From: Parvularia atlantis
Lineage: Eukaryota
Assembly (NCBI GenBank): GCA_943704415.1
Contig: CALSCO010001386.1
Coordinates: forward strand, 1 to 64,000
Length of the DNA: 64,000 bases
Reading direction: 5' to 3'
A program made the position numbers and the translations under genes. Positions 24,304 through 35,596 of the stretch are shown here, in pieces. The notes beneath the pieces were generated by a model that searched no databases, was not told the origin of the DNA, and was given only the letters and a program-made list of their open reading frames with translations. Every line of letters begins with the position of its first letter. The first letter of the stretch is position 1.

Positions 24304-24355
24304 ATGCTCGCCTGCTTCTGCTGCGGCGCTCGGGTGCGCCGGCGCGGCGGGGCGC

Positions 24356-24390
<35 letters not shown>

Positions 24391-27300
24391 GAGAAGATTC
24401 CGATCGTCGAGGTGCGTCGGGCGTGTGCCGGCGGCGCGCGCGTGGCGTTGGCACCCGCGGCCGCTCACACTGCCGTCGCGCACGCACACGCGCCGCTCTC
24501 GCCTCGCGCACGTCCGCAGCAGCCGACGGCGACGTCTGCGGCGCTGGCGGCGTCGGCCGTGCCGCCCGTGGCCGTGGTGCTGCACGACGGCGGGTACGTG
24601 CGGGCTGGGCCGCGCCAGGTCGCCCCTCTGTTGTGCTGACGGCGCGCTGACTGGACGGCCAGGGGCAGCGTGCGCGGCAGCACGGCCGAGACGGACGACC
24701 TGACGCGCGGCAAGCGCTTGTTCAACGTCAGCCCGGAGAAGGCGCGCGGCGGCCGCGATGGTGGGGCGACCGTGCTGAACGGCGCGGCGTGCGCAGGGCA
24801 TCCGCTTCCTGCAGAGCAAGGAGCTCGTGGGCACGACGCCGGCCGAGGTCGCCGCGTTCCTACGAGAGAGCCTGTTCCTAGACCGGAGCAAGATTGGCGA
24901 CTACATCAGCAACCCGTGCGCCCGCGCGCGGCGATCGCCGCGGCCGTGTGCGCTGACCAGTGCGGCGCCAGTGGGCCGTTCTATGAGCAGCTGCTGCAGT
25001 GCTTCGTCGACAGCCAGAGCTTCACGAACCTCGAGTTTGACCAGGCGCTGAGGCACGCTCCCGCGCTGACGCACTTGTCGTACTCACGACCTGTGCAGGA
25101 AGCTGCTCGAGGGCTTCCGGCTGCCGGGCGAGGCGCAGAAGATCGACCGGGTGATGGAGAAGTTTGCGCGGACGTACTGCGCGGCCAACCCGGGCGTCTT
25201 TGCATCGACGGGTGCGCACGCCCACGCTGTGCTGGCGCTGGCGCTGACGCTGCCGCGCGCAGACACGGCCTACATCCTCGCATTCTCGCTCATCATGCTC
25301 AACACGGACCTGCACAACCCCAACATCAAGAACCGCATGACCAAGGAGGCCTTCATCAAGAACAACCGCGGCATCAACGGCGGCCAGGACCTTCCCTTTG
25401 AGATGCTCTCGGTGCGGCGGCAGGCGTGTCGCGATCGCGGCGGCTGACCGGAAGCGCGGCAGCACCTGTACGACTCGTTCAAGCGCAAGGAGCTGCAGAT
25501 GGACGAGGGCATGACGTACGAGGACACGTCGTACACGTTCTTCAACCCGGAGCGCGAGGGCACGCTCTGGAAGCTGAGTGCGTCGCGTCCGCGCCCTCGC
25601 CCACCGCGCACGCAAGCACTTACGCGCCCGCGCCAGACTCCAACATGCGCGGGTGGAATCGGCGCTTCTTCGTCGTGACGGGCAACTGCCTGTACTACTT
25701 CAAGAACCAGGAGGTGCGCGCGTGGCCCGGCGTACCGAGCGCTGCCTCAAGCGGGCTGCGCGTGTGCAGGACAAGGACCCGAGCGGCATCATCCCGCTCG
25801 AGGACCTGTCTGTGCGCGAGGTCGACCTGTCGGGCGTGCTCGACTTTGACACATCGCCCAAGTACTGCTTCGAGCTGTACGACGCCAACCGCGAGGGGGT
25901 GCGCGCCCTGTCTATCGCTGCGCGGCGGCTGACGCCGGCTGACGTGTGGCGCCAGAACCCCAAGGCGACGATCAAGGCCGTCAAGCGTGCCGGCGGCACA
26001 CTCTCGCGCGGTGCGTGCGCACGCGGACCCGCTCGTCAGGACGGAGCTTACACGCCGCGCGGTAGCCAACCACACGACGTACATCTTCGCGGCCGACAGC
26101 CCCGAGGAGCGCACCGAGTGGGTCAAGTGCATCCGCACCAACATGGCCCCGCCGCCCATCTTCTCGCTCATGGACAAGCGCCGCAAGCTCATGCAGGTCG
26201 GCGGCAGTGGCGCCGGCGCGGGCGGGTCCAAGGGCGCGTCGGGCTCGTCATCGAGCGTGTCGGGCGCGGGTGAGTACGAGAAGATCGGCACGGGCGGCAA
26301 GGACAGCACGCGCTCGGCGCGCTCGACGCACGGCCAGGCGACGTCGCTCGCGACCATGTTCATGCCGCTCAAGAACCAGACCGAGTCGCAGGCCAACCTC
26401 GTCACCAACGCCGACGCACCCTCGCCCGTCGTCTCGCCGCGCGACTCGTCCGCCCCGTCGTTCTCGGGCATGGTCTTTACGGGCGCGCAGGCGCTCGACG
26501 GCACCGCGGGCAGCTCGCCGCGGAGCATCCCCACCAAGCCCAGCGGCAGCATCAGCCTGCCGGCCGAGGCGTTCCTCTCGCGCTCGTCCAGCGGCAGCTC
26601 GCAGGGCGTCACCGCGCCGCACGGCTCGGTCGAGGCCCCCTCGCCGCCACCCACTCTGCTCGCCACGCCGCCGCGCCGCGCATCGGGCGACAGCACGACG
26701 TCGACACCCGCCGCCGCACCCATGACGCCCGCGGCCGCGGCCGGCGCGACGCCGCTCAACAAGATGCGCGCCAACGTCGGCACGCCGCCCTCGGCCGTGG
26801 CGCCGCGCGTGCGCCAGGGCCACAACCGGTCGGTGTCGGACACGTCGGCGCTGGCGCCAACGCCGGTCAACGGAGCGAGCGGGGCGCAGCTCAAGTTGGC
26901 CGGGCCACCGAGCGGGCCAGCGAGCGGGCCGATGTCGGCCGGGTCAGCGCCGACGGTGCCGCTGCCGTCCCCGCTCGGCAGCAGCGGCGGCCTGGCGACG
27001 CGCTCGGCGTCGACGGATGGGATGCTGCACGAAGCCGGGCTGGGGCCTACGACGCCGCGCGACGCCATGGTCGACTCACACCGGCGGTTCGGCTCGGGCT
27101 CGATGCTGTCGTCGCTGCCGCGCGTGCCGAGCAGCCTGCGGTCGAGCAGCAGCAACACAGACGAGCCGCTGGCAGCCATGGCCGGCGGCAGCGCTTTCGC
27201 CTTTTGTGAGTCGGAGCAGGCCGCGACGACCGGGCCCGGGTCCGACGTGACCAACGAGGTGCTGGCCAACGTGCTCCAGCACGAGTCGTCCGTCGCGATG

Positions 27301-27417
27301 GACACGGGCACGCCGACCGACAGCCCGCCCAAGACACGGCACAGCAAGGACGGCGACGACACCGAGCTGCATGCGTCGCTGCTCGCGAGCCACCCCGCCG
27401 GCGCCGTCGGCAGCTGA
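24304..27417 (+). CDS. Cytohesin-like Arf-GEF (Sec7 + PH) with long S/P/T-rich tail
   Basis: [72 protein letters not shown]; about 11 introns. Confidence 0.93.
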
Positions 27418-27495
27418 AATACGCGGTTTTGTCTTTTCGTGTGCAGTACAGGATTGGCGCGGCAGCAGTCGTAGCAGAACACAACAACGTTAGGT

Positions 27496-29293
27496 TTAGA
27501 GCATGGCCATCTCGGCCCAGAAGCGGTCCATCCGCGCCTTGGCCCGCGCCTGCTCCGTGTCGGCGAGGGCGGCCGAGGCCGCGGCGTAGGCGGTGCTGGC
27601 GCTGGTGCTGTTGTGGTCGCGGTGGCAGCGCGCGCGCAGGTCGTGGAAGGCGCGCCAGGGGAACGCGCCGCCGACGGTGTAGGCACGATCGAGCAGCGTG
27701 CCCGCGTCGTCGATGAGCTGACCCTCGTGCAGCAGCGCCGTCTGGGCCTTGAGCAGTTCGCACGCGTCCCAGTAGTCGGTCGCGCGCAGCAGCTGCGGCT
27801 CCATCTCGGCCAGGGCGACGAGCGCGATGCGATGGATGAGCTGTCGCGGCCGTGAGCGCCGCGTTCGGCACAGAGCGCAGGCCGCTGCGCACCTCGATGC
27901 CGTCGCATAGCAGCGCGTCCAGCACGCGCGGCACAAAGTGCGTCGGCAGCGAGTTGACAAACAGCGTCGACAGCCAGCGCACAAGGTGCGGGTCAAGCAT
28001 CGACAGGCCCGTGCCCAGGCCCGTCGGCTGCGCGCCCCGGCAGGTCAGGTGAGCGGCAGCGAGCGAGCGAGTATGGCGCACCAACATCGGGTCCGAGGCC
28101 GGGTCGCTCAGCCGGCGCACGTGCGCATGCAGCTGCGGCAGGTGGCGCTCGATCAGCACGCTGGTCGTAAACACCTCGGCAATCAGCCCGTCCAGCCGCC
28201 CGCTGTAGTAGTTCTCGGGCAGGTACACGTCCACGAGCGCGTGCAGTACGAGCACGATCTCGGCGTCGTCCACTTCGGCCAGGCCGTCTCCCGCGGGCGC
28301 GCCTGTGCCCTCCACGCTCGCTATCGGCACGATCGGCCCGTAGCGCTCGACCGCGCACGGGTCCATGCCCATGACGAGCGCCGCGCCAACGTACGAGAGT
28401 GACTGGCAATAGCCCACGGCCGCGTTCCAGTCCGAGTGCGCCAGGAGCACGTTGAGCAGGCGCTTCTGGCCCTCGGGCGCGCCAAAGTACGCGTGCAGGC
28501 ACGTCCGCGGCACGTCCTTCTCGATTTGCTCGCGCCAGATCGACGGCACGTGCGACGCCGCCACGAGCAGCGCGTCGCTGCACTGCGCCAGCGAGACGGG
28601 CTTCGAGCGGTACATGGTCATGGCGTGCCGGGCCAGCAGCAGCCACGTCTGGCGCACGCGCACGCGCGTGCGGGCGAGTGAGCGTGTGGCGCCTGATGTG
28701 AGCCGACTCACGCACCTGGCGCCGCAGCGGGCTCGCGGGCGACTGCAGCAGCTGCTGCAGGTACCGCCCGTCGAACGACGTCGGCTTGCTGAACAGGCTC
28801 GTCTGCTCACCCACGCGCCCGCTGTCGCGCGACCCGTCCATCGAGTTGGACCGCTTCAGGCTCGATGTCGTCTTACTCGCGCTGCGCGCCGCGGGCAGGA
28901 TGGCCGACTTTCTCGTCTCGGCCGGCAGGGCGTGCTCGGACGAGCTGGCGCCGACGGCCAGTCCTGCCGGTGCCGGTGCCGGTGCCGGTGCCGCGCGCGC
29001 GCCGCTAAAGCCGACGCCGACGTACGCCCCAAACTGGCGCCACGTGTACAGCGCGAGCTTGTCGAGGCCGCGGCGGAGCGGCGAGTGGGCGTGCGCGCCG
29101 GGCGGGTCAGCGTCGCTTGCGGCGGTCTCGGCTGAGGCCTGGCTGTCGCTGCGCGTGGCGGTCACGCTGTCGATGCTCTCGTGCGGCGCCTCGACCTCGG
29201 CAGCCGCGCCGAGCGAGTCGCGGAAGGCGAGGGCGATGCGGTTGTCGCGGTCGAGCGCAAAGTGGTCGTCGACGATGCTCAGCGTCTCCTTCG

Positions 29294-29325
<32 letters not shown>

Positions 29326-29790
29326 GGCGGCGGCGGCTGGTCCAGCGACGACGACGACGACGCCAGCCGCCGCCGCGCGCGCCGCTCGTCCACGGCCCAC
29401 TGCCGGAAGCGGCGCGTGACCTGCGCCGCGCCGTAGCGGTCGCGCGCACCGGGCGGCGGCGGTGTGCGGCGCATGTGCCACAGCCGCCACGAGTAGTTCT
29501 CGAGCCGGTGCGCCACGAGCGCGCGCTGCGCCGCGTCCACAGGGCGCGCGGGGAGTGCTGTGAGCGGCGGGGCGAATCCGTCTGGCTCCGCCTCTGCCGC
29601 CTCTGCCTCTGCCGCCGCCGCGGGTGCCGCCTCTGCCGCCGTCGGCGCGTCCGCCCACGGGTCGCTCGACAGCGCCAGCGCCGCCGTCGACGACAGCAGG
29701 CCGCGCGCCGACACGAGCGCCGCCCACGAAGCCAGTTCAGTGACAACAACAGCCGATTCCCTGCCACACGCGGCGGCAGTCGCCACGAGT
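27496..29790 (-). CDS. TBC-domain Rab-GAP with N-terminal DUF1752-like motif (start codon unresolved)
   Basis: HRLENYSWRLW; QIEKDVPRT (Arg finger), GYCQSLSY (Gln finger), RWLSTLF..RVLDALLCDG. Confidence 0.8.
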
Positions 29791-29794
29791 CGCC

Positions 29795-30724
29795 ATGGGC
29801 CTGTTTGGCAAGAGCGTGACGCCGGAAGAGTCGGTGCGTGGCGTGGTGTGGGCGCGCCGGCGGTGCTGGCTGCGCGCCTGTGCGTGCACGTGCGTGCGTG
29901 CGCTGACGACGGGGCTGTACGCGTGCGCGCATCACGTCGACGTGGGCGGCGGCAGATCAAGAAGTGGCGGCAGACGCTGCGCGGCGAGGACCGCCGGCTC
30001 GACAAGCAGATCCGCGACATCCAGGCCGAGCAGGTCAAGGTCAAGACGGCCATCAAGCAGGCGGCCAAGCGCGGCGACCTGACCAACTGCAAGGTGCGTG
30101 CTGACCGCCGCGGTGGGGACGCACCGCGGGGCCTCACCCCCGGGCGGCGCGCGCCGCCAGACGCTCGCGCGCGAGCTCGCGCGGTCCAAGAAGGGCGTGG
30201 ACCGACTGTACGCGGCCAAGGCGACGCTCAACTCGGTCGTGATGCAGCTGCAGAACCAGCTGGCCATGGCCAAGCTCGCCGGCACAATCAAGAAGTCGAC
30301 CGAGATCATGAAGCTCATGTCGCGCCTCGCGCGCCTGCCCGAGCTGCAGCGCGACATGATGGAGCTGCAGCGCGAGATGATGAAGGCACGCGTGCCGCCG
30401 CCGTCCGCGCACTCGCGACGGCGCTTGACCCGCGTCGGCAGGCCGGCGTGATTGAGGAGATGATGGATGACGCCATCAACGCCGACGACGACGAGCTCGA
30501 GGAGGAGACCGACGCCGAGGTCGACCGCGTGCTGTACGAGGTCACGAACGGTGCGCGCCGCGCGTGCGCATCAGCCGGTGGGCTCACGCGCGTCGTGCGC
30601 ACGCGCAAAAGGGCTCATGGGCGCCGCGCCGAGCGTGCCGGTCGGCAAGGGCAAGGAGCCCGACCTGGTCGAGGACGACGGCGAGGCAACCCAGGCACGG
30701 CTGGCCGCGCTCGCGGACGAGTGA
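29795..30724 (+). CDS. CHMP3: ESCRT-III subunit Vps24/CHMP3
   Basis: MGLFGK, KKWRQTLRGEDRRLDKQIRDIQ, KATLNSV, KSTEIMKLM, EMMK|AGVIEEM, C-terminal QARLAAL. Confidence 0.95.
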
Positions 30725-30756
30725 TCGGTGCCTACTGCTGCCGCTGCTGCGATTCG

Positions 30757-32510
30757 TCACTGGTTCAGGTACACACGGGCCACGGGGTCGTCGCCCACGG
30801 CGACGATGCGCGTCCCGCTCCTGCGTTGCGCACGCCGGGGCGTCAGCACGCGCGGCGTCGGCTGCGCGGCGCCAGCCGCACGGCGCACCTGGACAGGGCC
30901 ATGTCGAGCAGCACGTCCTGGTGCCCCGTAAACTTGCGCAGCAGCTGCCCGCTCCGCGCGTCCCACACGCGCACGGCCTTGTCGGCCGAGATGGATGCGA
31001 CGATCGGCTCGGTCGCGAGCCACGTGAGCTTGACCACGCCGTCCTGTGTCGGCGTCGGCACGGCGCACCACTTGCCAGGCAGACGAACGCACGTCGTGCT
31101 GCAGCGTGTGGCGCAGGCGCAGCGTCGACAGATCCCAGATGCACAGCTTGCCGTCCATCCCGCCCGTCGCCGCCAAATGCAACCTGCGCCGGGCGTCAGA
31201 CCGGCAGCCACGCGCTACGGCACACGGCGCACGTCTGCGAAAAGCCAACCGTCTCGACCGAGCCCGTGTGCGCGTCCAGGATGCTGATGATCTGCGTGTC
31301 CTTCAGCGACCCCGGCCACCACCGCAGACCGCGCACCTTGCCCGTGCCGATGTGCGACAGGATTGCGCGGTTGTCCTCGCCGCCCGTGAGCGCGAGCGTG
31401 TTGTCGTAGTTGACCGCCAGCGCGTGCACCGCGCCCTCGTGGAAGCGCCCATCGTCCTCTGCGCCGCACGACGCGCTCAGAACGCCGTGCAAGCGCTCGC
31501 AGTGCGGGCACGTACGCTTCGACAACTTGAACAGGCGCGCGGCCGTCTTTGGGTCCCACGCGATGATCGAGCCGTCGTCGGCCGCGGTCACGACGAGCTT
31601 GCCTGCGCACGCACGCGTAAGCCACCGAGTGTGTGCTTGCGGGTGAGCCGCGTACCGTCGGGCGAGAACGTGCCGCAGCTGACGCCGTCGTTGTGCCGCG
31701 CAAACACGTTCATGAGCGAGCCCTTGGCGCCCCACATCCACGCTGAGCCGTCCTTGGCGCCGGCGAGGACGATGTTGCCGCGAGGGTGCCACACAACCCA
31801 CTGCGCGCGCGATGCCGTCAGCCGAGCCGCCACCACGCGCGCGGCCGCACGCACGTTGACCTCGTCCGGCCCGTCCAGCGTCGCCTGCAGCTGCCCCGTC
31901 GCCGCGTCCCACACCCTGACGGCACCGTCCATCCCGCCCGTCGCCACCAGGCGCCCGTCCGCGCTGAACGCGACCGACGTGACACTGTCGGTGTGCCCCG
32001 CGAGTTCGACCGACGCGCCTGGGTCCGACATGCGCCACAGGTACGCGCGGTCGTCACCGCCGCCCGTCACGACCACGTCCTCGTCGGCCGGGTTGATGTC
32101 GACCGCGTACACCGAGTCTGCGGGTTGGGCTGAGCTAAGCTCGAGCGCGAGCGCGGAGACGTCGTGGTCACGCGCACCCGTGTGGCGGTGGAAGCGCGCG
32201 ACCGAGTCGTCCGGCACCGCGGGCCCCGCTGTGTCGTCGCCCATGCCGTCGTCATCTTTGCCGTCGTCGCCGTCGCCCTGGCCGGCCGGCCCGTCCGCGT
32301 CCATCCCTGCGGCGCGCGTCAGGATCGCGCGGATACGATCGACAGGCAGCCCGCACCGTCGTCGTCGCCTTCATCGTCGTACTCAGCACCGTCGGGCGCC
32401 GTGCCGTCCGCGTCGATCAGCTCCTCGACCTCGTTCACGTCGACGTACTCGGCCGGCGGCACCGCGTCGCCCGCGCGCCCGGCCGCTTCGTCAGCCTCGT
32501 GGCCCTCCAT
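30757..32510 (-). CDS. AAMP: WD40 ribosomal uL16 chaperone Sqt1/AAMP
   Basis: Acidic N-terminus, DDSVARFHRH|DSVY, TGGGDDRAYLW, GHTDSV, ATGGMDG, WHPRGNIVLAGAKDGSAWMW. Confidence 0.9.
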
Positions 32511-32531
32511 GGCCTTGCTGCGGTCCGCACA

Positions 32532-34218
32532 ATGACAATGTGGCGCGGTGTCATCGTTGTTGTGCTGCTTGTCGCGCGTGCGGCCTGCGCGTCGCCGCGG
32601 CCGGCGCTGCTGCCGCTGCTGCTCGTCGTGGGCGACGTGGGCGAGCGCGGAGCGCGCGTGCTGTACCAGAGCACGACGGGCGAGGCGCTGGCGCTTGAGG
32701 CGGTCGTGCGCGGCGGCGACGACGGCGGCGTAGTCGCGGTCGAGCAGCTCGTCGTGCGGCCCGACGTGCCGCAGGTCGTGCGCATCGGCGGCCTCGCGCC
32801 GTGGACAGCGTACTCGGTCGAGTTCCGCGGCGCGCAGCTCGCCGAGCCTGCGCGCGCCACCTTTCGCACGTTCGGCCCGCCCGGCGCGCCCGGCGAGCGG
32901 CGCCCGCTGCACGTCGTCGCCGTGTCGTGCAACAGATACAACGAGGACGGCGACCTGACGCACTGGCGGCGGCTCGTGGCGAACGAGGGCGCGCGCGACG
33001 GCATGGTACACCTCGGCGACCAGGCGCGCGTTGGCACCCTTCCCCGCGCGCGCCTGCCTGACACCAGGGCGCGCAGATCTACGCCGATGAGCTGACGGCC
33101 GAGGCGGCACGCAACAGCTCGCTCTCCAAGGCGTACCTGCTCGGGCGCCTGCGCGCGATCTACGTCGAGACGTGGGCCACGCCCGAGATGCAGGCTGTGC
33201 TGCGGCACGGCGCGCACTGGATGCTGCTCGACGACCACGACATCACCAACAACCTCGACGCCGAGCTGTACCGCCCGGGCCTTACGGCGCTGCTGGACGC
33301 GGGCCGCCAGGCGTACTACGAGTACCAGCTGGCGCTCGCGGCCGACGTGGGCGACGCCGCGACGGCCGCGCCGCCGGCGTACTTTGCGCGGCGGGTCGGG
33401 CCGCTCGCGTTCTTCTTCCTTGACACGCGCCTGCAGCGCACGTTTGCGCACGAGGACGAGTACCCGCTGCTGGGCGCGCAGCAGTGGACCGATCTGACGG
33501 TGCGACAAGCGCGCGCGCACCTGAGCCCGAGTGAGACACTGAGGTGCGGGCGGGCGCTGCAGACGACGCTGCGAGCGTGGCGCAAGATTCCGGCGATCGA
33601 GCGCGTGGTCGTGTTCTCGAGCGTGCCGCTCATCTTCGGCGGGCCTGCGGCGGCCGAACTCGTGCACCGTGTCGAGCAGGAGCGCCTGCTGACCCACTCG
33701 TCACACGTGCGCGAGACCGAGCACTTGCTCGACACGCTCTCGCCCTTTGGCGAGCGCGTGACGATCGTCGGCGGCGACATCCACATGTTTATGCAGTCGG
33801 AGCTGTGCCGTGCGAGCGACGGCGTCTGCCTGCACCAGGTGCGTGCGGCCCGTTGCGCCGGTCTTGGACTGTAACTCACGCGCCGCCGGCGCAGGTCGCA
33901 ACGAGCGGCATGACGCGCGGCTCGACCGTCGTCGACAGCCTCAAGATCTACCTGTTTGTGGCGCTCTGGTACCATGTCCTGCCGGCAACAGCGGGGCAGT
34001 GGACGGCCGTGCACAGCGACGCGTTCCTGGGCAAGAACTACGCGCGGCTGACGTTTGCCGGCGGCGAGCTCACGGTCACGCCCGTGCTCGACCCGGACAT
34101 GTCGTCGCGGCAGGCGCTGCGACAGTTTGTCTTTGAGATGATCCCGCTGTGGCCGCTGCTGCTGCTGACGGCGCTGTCGGTAGCGAGCACGGGCTACATC
34201 CTGCGCTACGCCATGTAA
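32532..34218 (+). CDS. PhoD-like metallophosphatase with signal peptide and C-terminal TM anchor
   Basis: VSCN, HLGDQ|IYAD, LDDHDI, LDTR, LLGAQQW, SSVP, GGDIH; hydrophobic N- and C-termini; the ATG may be 32538. Confidence 0.88.
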
Positions 34219-34343
34219 CAGTTTGCATAGACGCAAAGGCACACCGCCATCGACACAGACGCAGACACAGCGCGGGGCGTGCGACAGACGGTCGGCAAAA
34301 AATAAAATATCGGCCCACCCACTGGCTGCTGCGCAGGGCACGC

Positions 34344-35509
34344 TCAGTCCGAGGCGTAGTCAAACGCGTTCGGGTTCTGCTTCGAGTAGCCCTGGCCGTT
34401 GCACATGCTGCACTTGCTGCGGAAGTGCACGTCGGTGACCTCGCACGGGCCGAACGCACCGACGCCGCCCATGCCCTTGCACTTATTGCACGCGACGACC
34501 TCGTGCTTGAGGTACGAGCGGCCCTGGCAGACCTGGCAGTCCTGCTTGCGGTGGATGTCCTGCGAGCGCGCGCGTGTGTAGTCAGAGGGATGCAGCGGGA
34601 TAGCCGCGCACGTGCACACCAGCGGATCGGCTGGGCCAAACGCGCCGAGACCGCCCTTTCCTTCGCACTGCGCGCGCGGTGGTCGGGTGAGCACACGTGC
34701 CGCGGCAGACCGGCGCAGCGCGCGCACCTTGGGGCACTTGATCTGGCGGCGCGTCTGGGTCTTGCCGCGGCAGCAGTTGCACTGCTGCTTGAAGTGCATG
34801 TCGGAGGGGTCGCAGGGGCCGAACGCGCCGAGGCCTGCGCGCGCGCGTGAGCATCGGGGTGGCCTAGTGCGCAGCTGGCGGCCAGCGCACCGCCGTGGCC
34901 GTCGCACACGCGGCAGTCCTGCTTGGGCGGAGCAAAGCCGCCGCCGCCGTAGCCCATCTGCTGCTGGTGCATGCCCATCTGCTGCTGGTGCATGCCCATC
35001 TGCTGCTGGTGCATGCCCATCTGCATGCCCATGCCGGGCATGCCCATGCCCATGTTCATCTGCTGCTGCGGCATACCCATGCCCATGCCCATCTGCTGCT
35101 GCTGCGGCATGCCCATGCCCATGCCCATGCCCATCTGCTGCTGCTGCGGCATGCCGTAGCCCATGCCGGGAACCATGCCCGACTGCTGCACGGTCACGCT
35201 GGCCACGGGCATGCCCATGCCCACGCCCATGTTCATGTTCATGCCGGGCATGCCGCCGGGCGGGCCCACGTTCATGCTCAGGCCGGGCACGTTGAGCGAG
35301 AACTGCGCGTTGAACAGGGGCGCGCCGCACGCGTAGCACGCCTGCGCGGGCCGTTGCTCTGTCAGCTGCGAGATCTCCACACCTCGTCCACCCCTGAACG
35401 CCGCTCTGGCCGCGCCCCGCCCCCGCCACACGCCCGCACCACGCCTACATTCCACGCGCACCTGCGAGTTGGGCGCATTGGCCGAGCCGCACTGGGCACA
35501 GTTCGACAT
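34344..35509 (-). CDS. Zinc-ribbon + M/Q/G low-complexity + three DnaJ-like CxxCxGxG zinc-finger repeats
   Basis: CAQCGSAN..CYACG; (QQQMGMH/MGMP)n; three units CxxCxGxGGxGAFGP..DxH..CxxCxG. Confidence 0.8.
34955..35170 (-). repeat. Coding tandem repeats (21-bp QQQMGMH units and MG dipeptide runs)
   Basis: gcccatctgctgctggtgcat repeated; atgccc hexamers. Confidence 0.85.
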
Positions 35510-35596
35510 CTTTGGGTCCGCGCGGTCGCTGGGGCCGAGCGTTTCTGCGAAAAAAATGGGTGTCGAACGGCAGCCCCATGCCACGCACTTGCCACG

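Noticed and set aside
34955..35170. CRISPR-like or mobile-element repeats (also 719-803 and 63332-63393)
   Set aside because: Units are multiples of 3 within coding exons, with no unique spacers, cas or transposase genes, or TIRs
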